Source: an uncultured delta proteobacterium (GTDB lineage Bacteria > Myxococcota > Myxococcia > Myxococcales > Myxococcaceae). Taken from it: a DNA stretch of 64,000 nt. This document shows, piece after piece, positions 10,545 to 19,826 of this stretch (the first letter of the stretch is position 1; every line of letters begins with the position of its first letter). The notes beneath the pieces are model-generated. The model had not been told where the DNA came from, ran no database searches, and saw nothing but the letters and a program-made list of their open reading frames with translations. The position numbers were made by a program, and so were the translations under genes. The DNA is taken from assembly GCA_963771175.1 (NCBI GenBank), contig CAVYSY010000002.1, forward strand, positions 1-64,000, read 5' to 3'.

Positions 10545-11801
10545 ATGGCGGCGAAGTCGGAGGCCCGGCCCTTGCCGTGGTGGAAGGAGCCCACACGGGG
10601 CCAGTGGATGACCTTCCTGGCGGCCTGGGTGGGGTGGGTGCTGGATGCCTTCGACTTCACCATCTACCTGCTGGTGATGCCGGAGATGGCGAAGGAGTTC
10701 GGCGTCGGGGTGACGGCCCTGGCGGTGTCCATCACGCTCACGCTGCTGCTGCGGCTCGCGGGCGGAGTGGCGGCCGGAGCGGTGGCGGACCGGTGGGGCC
10801 GCAAGCTGCCGCTGATGCTCTCGGTCATCTGGCTCGCGCTGTGCGATGGGGCGGTGGCGTTCGCGCCCAGCCTCACCTGGGTGCTGGTGCTGCGCACCCT
10901 CTTCGGCTTCGGCATGGGCGCCGAGTGGACGAGCGGCGCCACGCTGGCCATGGAGAACTGGCCCGAGCGCAGTCGAGGCATCGCCTCGGGCATCCTCCAC
11001 GGGGGCTGGGCCGTGGGCTACCTGCTGGCCGCGGTGGTGTCCGGCTTCGTGGTGCCGCTGTGGGGCTGGCGGGCGCTCTTCGTCATCGCCGCGGTGCCGG
11101 CGCTGCTGGCGCTGCCCATCCGCTACGGGGTGCCGGAGAGCTTCGACCGCGAGAAGGCCGCTGCGGCGAGGCAGGCGCGGTCCAGCCAGGAGCTGACGGG
11201 CAAGGGACTGATGACGCGGCTCGTGTGGGGCTCGCTGGTGATGGCCTTCAACTTCGGCGGCTACTACGGGCTGACCAGCCTGTACGCGGTGCTGCTGAAG
11301 ACGGAGTTGGGGCAGACGACGCAGGGCGTGTCGGTGCTGGTGGCGATCTTCAACGTGGGCATGCTGCTGGGGACGGCGGTGTGCGGAGCCCTGGCCTCGC
11401 GGCTGGGCGTGGCGAGGGCGGTGGCCATCGCCGCGTTCGGCGCGCTGCCCTTCTTGCCGCTCTACGTGGGCATGAAGCCGGAGCTGCTGTGGCTGGGCGC
11501 CTTCATGGGAGGCCTGTTCGGCGCGGCGCCTCCGGGGATCGCGCCACTGCTGCTCACCTCGCTCTTCCCGGCGAGCATCCGCGGCAGATGCGTGGGGCTC
11601 GTCTTCCACGTGGGCGCCTTCGTGGCGGCCTTCCTCCCCACCGGCATGGCGGCGCTCGTCGAGCACGCCGGCTTCACCTATGCCCAGGTCCTCATGCTGG
11701 CGGGCGGCGTGAACCTGGTGGCCATGGCCGTGGCCCTCCTGCTGCGCCCGAGGGCCACGCTGGACGAGGCCCCCGCCGAAGCCGTGGCCCCCGCCCGGTG
11801 A
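10545..11801 (+). CDS. MFS transporter (SHS/carboxylate type)
   Basis: GWVLDAFDF, GAVADRWGRK, GFGMGAEW, multiple TM helices. Confidence 0.9.
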   Translation: MAAKSEARPLPWWKEPTRGQWMTFLAAWVGWVLDAFDFTIYLLVMPEMAKEFGVGVTALAVSITLTLLLRLAGGVAAGAVADRWGRKLPLMLSVIWLALCDGAVAFAPSLTWVLVLRTLFGFGMGAEWTSGATLAMENWPERSRGIASGILHGGWAVGYLLAAVVSGFVVPLWGWRALFVIAAVPALLALPIRYGVPESFDREKAAAARQARSSQELTGKGLMTRLVWGSLVMAFNFGGYYGLTSLYAVLLKTELGQTTQGVSVLVAIFNVGMLLGTAVCGALASRLGVARAVAIAAFGALPFLPLYVGMKPELLWLGAFMGGLFGAAPPGIAPLLLTSLFPASIRGRCVGLVFHVGAFVAAFLPTGMAALVEHAGFTYAQVLMLAGGVNLVAMAVALLLRPRATLDEAPAEAVAPAR

Positions 11802-11827
11802 GGTATCCTCTCCGGCAAGGAGTCGAC

Positions 11828-12522
11828 ATGGCGAACGGTCACAGGGGTAACTCGAGGCGGGCCGACGAGACGCGCATCGCCCCGCTGGGAGAAGAGGAAC
11901 ACACGTCTCCCCCGACGCGGGCAGCGGGACGGTCGAACGAGACACGCATGGCCCCCATGGCGGAGTTCGACGACGCGCCGGAGCCGGCGCCCGCGGCGGG
12001 CGAGTCGAACCGGACGATGTTCGCGACCCATGCGGCGCTGTTCGCGGACAGGCTGCGGGACAAGCTCTCCAAGAAGATCTACGGCCGCAATCCGCACCGG
12101 GTGCTGCGCATCGACGAGCCCGAGGGCCCCAGCACCGCCGGAGGACGCCTGGCCCGGCAGTCCATCTCGCTCATCCCGCGGCGCGGCACGGGGCCGACGA
12201 TCGTCTGCGGCTGGGTGGACGTCGCGAAGCAGGAGGCACAGCTCCGCAGCCACGAGTCGGTGGCCAGGCGGTACGAGGCCCACCATGGCACGCCGATCGA
12301 CATCTCGCTGGAGGACTACGAGCGCTGCCTCGATGACCTGGTGAACGCGCTGATCGCGGGCGACATCAAGGTCCGGGTGCTCGTCCCGGAGGAGTCGACC
12401 CCGGCCCAGGCCCCCTCCCCCGCTCCGGCGGCCAAGGGCCAGAACCTTCCCCCTGGATGGCGGGGGCCGCCGCCGCCGTGACCTTCCTGCTCGGCCTGCT
12501 CATCGGGCGGATGACCGGCTGA
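11828..12522 (+). CDS. Hypothetical protein with C-terminal TM anchor (frameshift near the 3' end)
   Basis: AGGAG RBS before ATG 11828; host-like codon usage; hydrophobic tail VTFLLGLLIGRMTG* in an adjacent frame. Confidence 0.65.
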
Positions 12523-12616
12523 GCGGACGGCCGCTCGCTCTCGAGCGGGTCCGTATCACCAAGGCGCTCGTCACATCCGGGCCGGAAGCTCTCTTCCCGT
12601 CGAGGAGGGATGACCC

Positions 12617-13648
12617 ATGACACGGCTCGACAAAGCGGACGCGGTATTCGAAGGCGGAGGGGTGAAGGGAATCGGACTGGTCGGCGCCGTCGAGTACATG
12701 GAAGAGGCCGGCCTGCGGCTCCAGAACGTCGTGGGCACCTCGGCCGGAGCAATCGTCGCGGCCCTGGTGGCGGCTGGGTACTCGGCTGCGGAGCTGCGCG
12801 CCATCATGGAGAGCCTCGACTACCGACGCTTCCAGGACATGAGCAAGCTGGACCGGCTCCCGGTGCTCGGACCGGCGCTGAGCGTGCTGTACGAGAAGGG
12901 CCTCTACGAGGGGAACTACTTCGAGAGCTGGCTGCGGGAGCTGCTGGCCGAGGCCCCTCGCAAGGTCCGCACCTTCCGCGACCTGCACATGGACGGCGAG
13001 TCGCCCGGGTCGAAGTACTTCTACAAGTTGCAGGTCATCGCCGCCGACCTCACCCGGCGCAAGCAGCTCGTCCTGCCCTGGGACATCCGCGACTACGGGT
13101 ACGATCCCGAGGAGCTCGACGTGGCCAGGGCGGTGCGGATGAGCATGAGCATTCCGTTCTTCTTCGAGCCCGTGCAGGTCCAGGATACGCGCGGCCAGAC
13201 CTGCTTCATCGTGGACGGAGGCGTGCTCAGCAACTTCCCCGTGGACATCCTCGATGACGGCAAGGCCAACCCGCCCTGGCCCACCTTCGGCTTCAAGCTG
13301 GTGGACGGAGTCCAGAGCGATGGCAGGGAGGAGGAGCGGCCGAACCGAATCCAGGGCCCCATCTCCCTGCTCCGGGCGCTGTTCTCCACGATGCTGGAGG
13401 CGCACGACGCGCGCTACATCCGGCAGAAGAACTTCGACCGCACCATCGCCATCCCCACGCTGGGAGTGGGGACCACGGACTTCGGCATCCGCAGCGAGCA
13501 GACCCAGGCCCTCCACCGCTCGGGCTGGGAGGCCGCCGAGCGGTTCCTCCAGAAATGGGACTTCCACGCCTGGATCGAGAAGCACCGCCTGCCCGAGGTA
13601 CTCGGCCCGAAGGCCCCTGGCCCCGAGTCGATGTCCGCGGTGATGTGA
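12617..13648 (+). CDS. Patatin-like phospholipase
   Basis: GGGVKG, GTSAG (GxSxG) and DGG motifs. Confidence 0.95.
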   Translation: MTRLDKADAVFEGGGVKGIGLVGAVEYMEEAGLRLQNVVGTSAGAIVAALVAAGYSAAELRAIMESLDYRRFQDMSKLDRLPVLGPALSVLYEKGLYEGNYFESWLRELLAEAPRKVRTFRDLHMDGESPGSKYFYKLQVIAADLTRRKQLVLPWDIRDYGYDPEELDVARAVRMSMSIPFFFEPVQVQDTRGQTCFIVDGGVLSNFPVDILDDGKANPPWPTFGFKLVDGVQSDGREEERPNRIQGPISLLRALFSTMLEAHDARYIRQKNFDRTIAIPTLGVGTTDFGIRSEQTQALHRSGWEAAERFLQKWDFHAWIEKHRLPEVLGPKAPGPESMSAVM

Positions 13649-13748
13649 TAGGTCGGCGACATGGGAGGTCGTGTCCCTGGAACCAGGGAAGCGATGGTTC
13701 GCGCTCACCGGGGTAGACCCGGTAGCGCCCCCCATGTGAGCCGAGGAA

Positions 13749-14755
13749 ATGGATCAAGAGACGGACACGGTGCAGCTACAGGACGAACTGGTCGACGCGT
13801 GCCGTTGGGGAGAGGAAGACCGGGCACGCGAGCTGATTTCAAGGTTCGGCGTGGAGCCGAAGGCAAGGGCCTTGCTCGAAGAGCTGTTGCAAGACGAGGA
13901 GTATGCGCCAGCAAGGCAAGCCGCGGCCTTCGGTCTGGGTGAACTTGGTGGAGAAGCCAGTGTCGGGCGATTGGAGCAGCAACTCGCTCTCGAAGAGGCA
14001 CGGGGGGACTACGACGGGGACTCCGTCGTTGACGAAATCATCAGGGCACTGGGACGGATCGAGGACGCGGGAGCACGGGCCGCGCTCGTACGAAAGCTGG
14101 AGCGACTGGCGACCGCAACCGAGCCAGAGCTCAGTGACGTAAACGTGGTCACGGAATCTCTATGGAAGAGACGCCACCCGGACCTGCTACCGACCATCCG
14201 GAGAAGTCTGGCCCGGCTTGACCCGAAATCCCACGGTTCCTTGCCGGGCCTGCTCGTGCTCCTGGAGAAGACTCCGGATGAGCTCCGTGCATGGGTGCGC
14301 TCCCCCTCGGTTTCCGTGGAGGACAAGACGCGAGTCGTCACGGTGCTCGACGCGGATCTACCCGAGGACCTGGTCTCCACGTTGCCGTCGTTCATCTCCG
14401 TGGCCTCCGCGCGGCTCGAGGAGGCCGCGAGCCAGAAGGGTGAGGCCGCGTACTACTGCGACCGCCTGTTCACCCTCTTGCTCCTGTACAAGGAGCGGCT
14501 CCTCCCCGAACTCCCGGAGGAGACTCTCGCTGAGCTGCGCACCCTGGCCCGAAGCCTCGTGCCCGCTGTCTCGCCCAACTGCTCCTTCGGCGCCGCGGTC
14601 TTGCTGCAGTTCATCGGGCACCCAGAAGATGCGGCAGTCATCGAAGCAAACCGCCCGGAGGACTCCGTCGGAGCGAACCTTCGACGCATCGCCGGCGGGC
14701 CGAAACCTTCGACGCCATCGCACGCGTGCTGCGCAGCCGCCAGAGTCAGCCATGA
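13749..14755 (+). CDS. HEAT-repeat domain protein; the C-terminus is disturbed by a short duplication
   Basis: GAGGAA RBS; ARQAAAFGLGELGG and IIRALGRI HEAT-like repeats; probable true end KTFDAIARVLRSRQSQP* at 14755. Confidence 0.7.
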
Positions 14756-14777
14756 GCCTGCTCGAACAAGGGACAGC

Positions 14778-15551
14778 TCACGGGGAGAGGGCTTGAGGCG
14801 GGCGTGGGTCCCTCAAGCCCACCGGCAGGTAGCACTTCCCCTGGTACTCGGCCTGCTCCGGGTGACACGGCGGACGGCGCTCAAGCGCTACCCAGCAGCC
14901 ACCGTTGATCGCGACCTCATCCCGATGGGTGCGGCAGGGGGGCCTGGACTGGTTCGAGAAGGGCTTGTCGGGAAGCGGGTAGGCGATACCCGCCGGGCCC
15001 TGCTGCCCACCGGAGACCAGGAAGGAGGACGGGTGCCCGGCGTCCGCCAACTCACCGAGCGCGGGAGTCGAAGGTGGTGGTGCGGGAGGAGCCATGGGAT
15101 GGGTGCCCGTGCCCAACCAGAAGCCCCCGCCCAGCGCGAGGACGGCGAGTGCAGCGACCGCCAGGGCCTTCAGCGGAGGGCGCCTCATGAACCGCTCCAT
15201 GGGCTCGCGGGTGAGGTGGGCGCGCATCCTGGCGTTGCTGCCCACGGCGTCGAGCCCCGCGAGCAGCAGGGTAAGCAGGTTGGCCAGCTCCGCCACCTTG
15301 CCCGAGGCCGGCGCCCGCTCCACCTCGATTGAGATGGAGGGCGGAGTCACCTGGAAGGAGGCACGCACCTGCCACTCCTTCTTGGGTCCCCAGGTGGGCC
15401 GAGGCCCCGGCAGCATCACCAGGGCCGGGGCGCCCGTCTGGACATTTCGCGCCTCGTGGATGTGGCCCAGCTCCGCCGCTGCGTGCTTGCACCGTCTACC
15501 GATTTGGAACGGACCCAACCTCCTGCCCTTCTTCTTCGTCGTGGTCGTCAT
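14778..15551 (-). CDS. Myxobacterial membrane protein with a degenerate kinase-like N-terminus and a Cys-rich C-terminal domain
   Basis: RLGPFQIGRR..LGHIHEARNVQTGAPALV, one TM helix, PPC...INGGCW...PPC...YQGKCYLP. Confidence 0.7.
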   Translation of the reverse strand: MTTTTKKKGRRLGPFQIGRRCKHAAAELGHIHEARNVQTGAPALVMLPGPRPTWGPKKEWQVRASFQVTPPSISIEVERAPASGKVAELANLLTLLLAGLDAVGSNARMRAHLTREPMERFMRRPPLKALAVAALAVLALGGGFWLGTGTHPMAPPAPPPSTPALGELADAGHPSSFLVSGGQQGPAGIAYPLPDKPFSNQSRPPCRTHRDEVAINGGCWVALERRPPCHPEQAEYQGKCYLPVGLRDPRPPQALSP

Positions 15552-15800
15552 GCGCTGTCCCTTGTCGCTCTTCCCTACCACGCCCCAGTGGCGTCGACGG
15601 AAGCCCGATGCGCTCGCGTCATACCACGGCAGGAGTCCCCTTCGAGTGGAGAACTCACGAGGTCATGCCTCTCCGTAGCGGCGACGACGCGAGTTCGAGC
15701 CATGCGGGGTTCAGACGACTCGTAGGGGGCGAGGTGTTGGAAGAGTCCTTTGACAGCGGAGATCACATGGCTTCCGCGCTGATGTCAGCGACGTAAACTA

Positions 15801-16610
15801 TCAGAAGAGCTTCTTCACGATCTGCCGCGCAAGTTGTAACTCCTCCACACCGACACTGCCCCGTTCGGGAAAGAGTTCCTTCAAGACCAGCAAGAAGGCT
15901 CTCTCTTGCCGGGAGTCAACATCAATATCATGGGCGTCCTTCCACCATGGATAGGCTTCCAACTCGCCCTTCTCATTGTGAATCCAGCACGACAGAAGCT
16001 TGTTCGGCTTCTCCCCCAAAAGAACCAGCGAGTCATTGACGCGGCGGACGGCCTTCCAAACAGAGGTCTTCTCTTTGCGCAGAAGCTGGAAGTAGAGCAT
16101 CTGCTCGGCTATCGCACAAACATCGTCTGACGCTATTCCAGGGTAGCCAACAACTGCTTCTGCCCCGCTGGCATCGAGAATCCCGTTGGCAAGTTGCGCG
16201 CACCCACCGCTCCAACAAGCCGACAGCATGACTGCTCGGACACGCATCTTTTTCAGGGGGGAGAAGGCGTTCGCGATTTCGGTCGTGCTCGCCGGAACTC
16301 CGCCATCTTCCAACCGCAGATACGGTCCATCGGAGGAGCCGTGAGAGTTGAGGTGGACGAAGCGAACATCCATAGGCTCGACCAAGTCACCTCCCTGTGT
16401 CCTTCGCGAACGCTCCCAAGAGTTCTGTTCGCCTGCCTTCGTGAGCACATGGCGCAATGCCCCGACGGTTTCGATTCGCTCATGGAAAACACGAGTCTCT
16501 GGAGAGAACGCTCGCGCAAATGACTGGAACAGATCGAGCTGGGTCCGCCGCGCATCCCAGGGCACGATATGCCCATCGAGATTCGTCTCCAACAACAGAA
16601 TGTCATTCAT
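15801..16610 (-). CDS. CHAT/caspase-like (clan CD) cysteine peptidase domain protein
   Basis: AAGGGG RBS before ATG 16610; FVHLNSHG and VMLSACWSG His/Cys dyad motifs; AVVGY. Confidence 0.75.
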   Translation of the reverse strand: MNDILLLETNLDGHIVPWDARRTQLDLFQSFARAFSPETRVFHERIETVGALRHVLTKAGEQNSWERSRRTQGGDLVEPMDVRFVHLNSHGSSDGPYLRLEDGGVPASTTEIANAFSPLKKMRVRAVMLSACWSGGCAQLANGILDASGAEAVVGYPGIASDDVCAIAEQMLYFQLLRKEKTSVWKAVRRVNDSLVLLGEKPNKLLSCWIHNEKGELEAYPWWKDAHDIDVDSRQERAFLLVLKELFPERGSVGVEELQLARQIVKKLF

Positions 16611-16660
16611 CAAAATCCCCTTACAAGTCAATCAACACCCATAAATCCGTGAGCCTTGAT

Positions 16661-18400
16661 CCCACCATATTCGTGACGACAGGCTCAAGACATGCATGAG
16701 GGCTGAAGCCGAGGGCATGGGCTTGCGATTTCGGACGCAGGACAGACGACCCCCGCCCGGGGTCGCGGGTCGCGAGCAGGAAGAGCTGGAGAGGGTGCTA
16801 CGGAAGATTCGACGGGAGGGAAGGGATTGCCGCCGATTGGCTACGAGACGTGGGCCGTGCTCAGCGAGCCCAGCTTCGTCCACAGCTTCTGCCAGAGGCT
16901 GGCCGACTCCCGGGCAATCACCAGCACGACCCTCCTGGCGTGCAACAGTACCCGTGCCGCCACCTTGAGTACCCGCTCGCGGACGCGGCGCAGCCCCCAG
17001 CCCTCGCCCGTGGCCTGCTCCATCAGCACGCGCGCGGCGTGCACCAGGTTGTAGGCCAGGGCGTTGAGCAGCAGGCGCACCTCGTTGTTGGCGAAGGCGT
17101 CGATTGACACCGAGCGCTGCACGGGCGGACGCCCCCGGTAGTTGGACTTGGGCCGTTTGGACGAGGAGAGCGCCGGGGCCAGCACGTCCATCAGCTCGCC
17201 GAAGTGACCTTCGGCCGTGCCGCGCTCGCGGTAGTGCTCCAGCAGCTTCTCGGCCGGCATCTGCTCGGCCGAAAAGCTCGTCACCAGCCAGAAGGCGTGC
17301 GGGAAGAGCTCGCCCTCCCTCTCCAACAGCACCAGCACCACGCGCCGTGCACGGCTCCAGCCCTGCGCCTGGTACTCCCATTCGTACAGGAAGGTGCCCG
17401 GCTCCCCCGTCGGCACTCCCGAGTGGAAGAAGCGTGGCAGGGCTGCCTCCTGCTTGAGCACCGAGGTGTTGCGCACGCGCGCCACATAGGGCGTGCCTCG
17501 CTCCTCCAGCTTCCCAAGCAGCTTCTCCTCGGGAAACCCCGCGTCCAAGCGCACCGCCGCCACTTCGCATATCTCCTTCTCCACTCGCCCCAGCAACTCC
17601 TCGATGAACTCCAGCGCCCCGTTGGCGCTGTGCACGTTGCCCTCGCGCAACCTCACGTCCAGCAGGTCGCCCGTCTCCGCGATGCTGGCCACCAGCGGGT
17701 GGTACATGCGCACCCCGTAGTGTCCGTTGTACGCGCTGCCTTCCTGGTGCCCATGCACCTCCACCGGCAACCCGTCCACGTCCACCGTCACCTGCCTCAG
17801 CTTCTGGCCCTTGGGCTGCTGCGCCCTCAGCCTCCGGCCCGTCTGCCACACCAGCGCCTCGTGCAGCACCTTCCGGTTTTCCTCTCGCGCCAGCATGCTC
17901 ACAAGCCGCGACAAGGTGGGCTGCGAGGCCAGTCCCTCCGGCCCTCCTTCTTCCCGCCGCAGCGGCGCGGTGCTCTTCCTGTCCGACACCGCCAGCCTCA
18001 GCACCGCATCCCGCCTCAGTGCATCCGCGTCGTCGCTGTCTTTCCACCCCTGCGCCAACAGCAAGAGGGGCGTACGCACCAGTTCCCGCAACGAGTGCGT
18101 TATCCGCTTCTCGTCTCGCGTGTCCGTCAAACTCTCCCCCAACCAGCGCGTCAGCCCCAACCGCTCGTCCACCTCCCTCAACAGCACCGCCCCTGCCTCC
18201 GCCGTCAACCGCTCCGCTCTCGCCTCCAGCTTCACGGAGCCGTTGAATTCCAGCCCGAAGTCGTTGAGGATTTCACCCATGACGCGCCTCCTGCCGTTTG
18301 GTGGTGGTTGTCTGAACAACACCCCTCTACCACTCGGGAGGTCAGGCGCGTCACCCTCCTTTTCCGGTCATCCTCCTGCCCCTCTCGTGAATAAGGCGGG
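16661..18400 (-). mobile_element. IS1380-family insertion sequence
   Basis: Imperfect terminal IRs CCCACCATATTCGTGA (from 16661) and CCCGCCTTATTCACGA (reverse complement ending at 18400), 12/16 match; TGAT-containing flanks on both sides suggest a target duplication. Confidence 0.85.
16841..18280 (-). CDS. IS1380-family DDE transposase (intact ORF)
   Basis: LTAEAG, LASQPTLSRL, VDVDG..HGHQEG.AYNGHY, RLDAGF, YRERGTAE. Confidence 0.93.
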   Translation of the reverse strand: MGEILNDFGLEFNGSVKLEARAERLTAEAGAVLLREVDERLGLTRWLGESLTDTRDEKRITHSLRELVRTPLLLLAQGWKDSDDADALRRDAVLRLAVSDRKSTAPLRREEGGPEGLASQPTLSRLVSMLAREENRKVLHEALVWQTGRRLRAQQPKGQKLRQVTVDVDGLPVEVHGHQEGSAYNGHYGVRMYHPLVASIAETGDLLDVRLREGNVHSANGALEFIEELLGRVEKEICEVAAVRLDAGFPEEKLLGKLEERGTPYVARVRNTSVLKQEAALPRFFHSGVPTGEPGTFLYEWEYQAQGWSRARRVVLVLLEREGELFPHAFWLVTSFSAEQMPAEKLLEHYRERGTAEGHFGELMDVLAPALSSSKRPKSNYRGRPPVQRSVSIDAFANNEVRLLLNALAYNLVHAARVLMEQATGEGWGLRRVRERVLKVAARVLLHARRVVLVIARESASLWQKLWTKLGSLSTAHVS

Positions 18401-18436
18401 ATGATGATTCTCTTCGACCAATCAAATCTTCCCATC

Positions 18437-18567
18437 AGAGGACATTAAACTGGGACAAGCAGGAACAACGTTCAGCGCCTACCCCGCATGCAGGCAAGCC
18501 CAATGTAATGGGCCAGGACGCTTCCCACCCACCGAGCTTCGAGGGAGACAGTTCAACAGTCTCTCTC
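18437..18567 (+). repeat. Left arm of a ~120-bp diverged inverted repeat, ending in a hairpin
   Basis: Manual alignment to the reverse complement of 19545-19662: about 91/122 columns identical; shared GGACAAGC, GCCTACCC, GGCAAGC, CAATGTAATGG, GAGGGA, CAGTTCAACA. Confidence 0.85.
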
Positions 18568-18569
18568 AT

Positions 18570-19250
18570 GTTTTCACACTACCGCCATCCGGACGCGTAT
18601 GCGTAGACTTCGAACTCGCGGATAGTGCTTGCAGTTGAATTACCATCAACCAAGTGCAGAGCCAGCTTAAGAACTCTGGGGGTGGCGACTGCACGCCCCC
18701 TGTTATTTCGAAAAACCAATCCAGCGTATTAATGTAGAGAAAGATCCGTGCGAAAGGCCATTGCGGATACGACGCACATAATCGCTATTCAAGAGCTTTC
18801 GCACCATGCCGGCACAGGGGTGGCGCGCCTTCGCGGCCTCATTGATTAGCCGGCTGAGCGGCCCTTCCCTCATGAAGACCTAACGATATATAAAGCCGCA
18901 TCACCAGCTGACCCCTGGTACGGTCATTCTGATTTTTACAGGCACTGGAAGATCAAGCAACTCAGCGTAGGGCGGAACGGGCCCTCCTCCTCCATCACGC
19001 CGATCCAGCGAGGTAGCGAGGGCGAACCAGAACACGCCGTTAGCCAGTTGCTCTGAAATCTTGCTTGGCAACGAGAACCCCGTGAGTTCCTGCAGCAGTT
19101 CAGTTCATTAGAACCTGAGCTGATTTGCGAAGCGTGCTCAAGGAGATCGCGGCACTCGTTGAACTGTCGAGAGAAGCTGGATTATCCAGAGCCTCTCGCG
19201 AGTAGACAGCTCATCCGTCAGCCCCTACGTTTCCCGATCAACATCGTCAC
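18570..19250 (-). pseudogene. Fragmented gene with a HEPN-like RNxxxH motif
   Basis: Minus-strand pieces LLQELTGFSLPSKISEQLANGVFWFALATSLD... and MREGPLSRLINEAAKARHPCAGMVRKLLNSDYVRRIRNGLSHG (motif at 18765-18748) lie in different frames; boundaries approximate. Confidence 0.35.
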
Positions 19251-19538
19251 GTTCAGGCTAGGCGGAGGCCCCTCATTTGGCCGACCGAATGTGGCATAAA
19301 ACTTTCGAAGAGTATCATCTCAAGATGTTCAGGTGAAAAGCTCATGCCCCTGAATCGTCTTCTGTTCGAAAGTAGTGTCAGGCTCGCCCCCGGGGGCATA
19401 TCCCCTGGGCTGGAACCTGGAACCGCCGGGTCATCGTGAAGCACTTCGCGTTTAGAGCTACCACTTTAAGATGTAGCAGCAGCTCCCCCTGGAAGGGATT
19501 ATAGGAGGCATCTGAGGGCAGGAAACTCTCAGAGGTCA

Positions 19539-19662
19539 GAGGGTTGTTGAACTGTCCCTCGGAGTCCGGCCGGCAGGATAATCCCTTGTCCATTACATTG
19601 AGCTTGCCCGCCTGCTGGGTAGGCACGAATGTTGTGCCGCTTGTCCTATTTCAACACCCTCT
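19539..19662 (-). repeat. Right arm of the ~120-bp diverged inverted repeat
   Basis: Reverse complement aligns with 18437-18558; hairpin GAGGG-ACAGTTCAACAA-CCCTC. Confidence 0.85.
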
Positions 19663-19826
19663 CAGAGTTGAAATTAGCGCTTCCCCCTATTGATTGGCTC
19701 TCCCGCACTTCGTGTGGTTCAGGGGCGGGGGGCGGGCAAGCGGGCCAGCCTCACGCATACAGACGTCCGCAGGCACCCAGAATTCACAAAAACTTCGGGA
19801 GAAGCCTATTGATTCCCGGGCACTTC

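Noticed and set aside
12617..13648. Patatin as a CBASS CapV effector
   Set aside because: No CD-NTase nearby; host-like codon usage
19158..19168. Third copy of GACAGTTCAAC
   Set aside because: Only the 11-mer matches, without the flanking arm sequence; cannot be distinguished from chance
18401..19800. CRISPR array, retron msr-msd or integron attC interpretation
   Set aside because: No regularly spaced direct repeats; no cas, reverse transcriptase or integrase in the window; ACCTAAC/GTTAGCC lack convincing attC pairing
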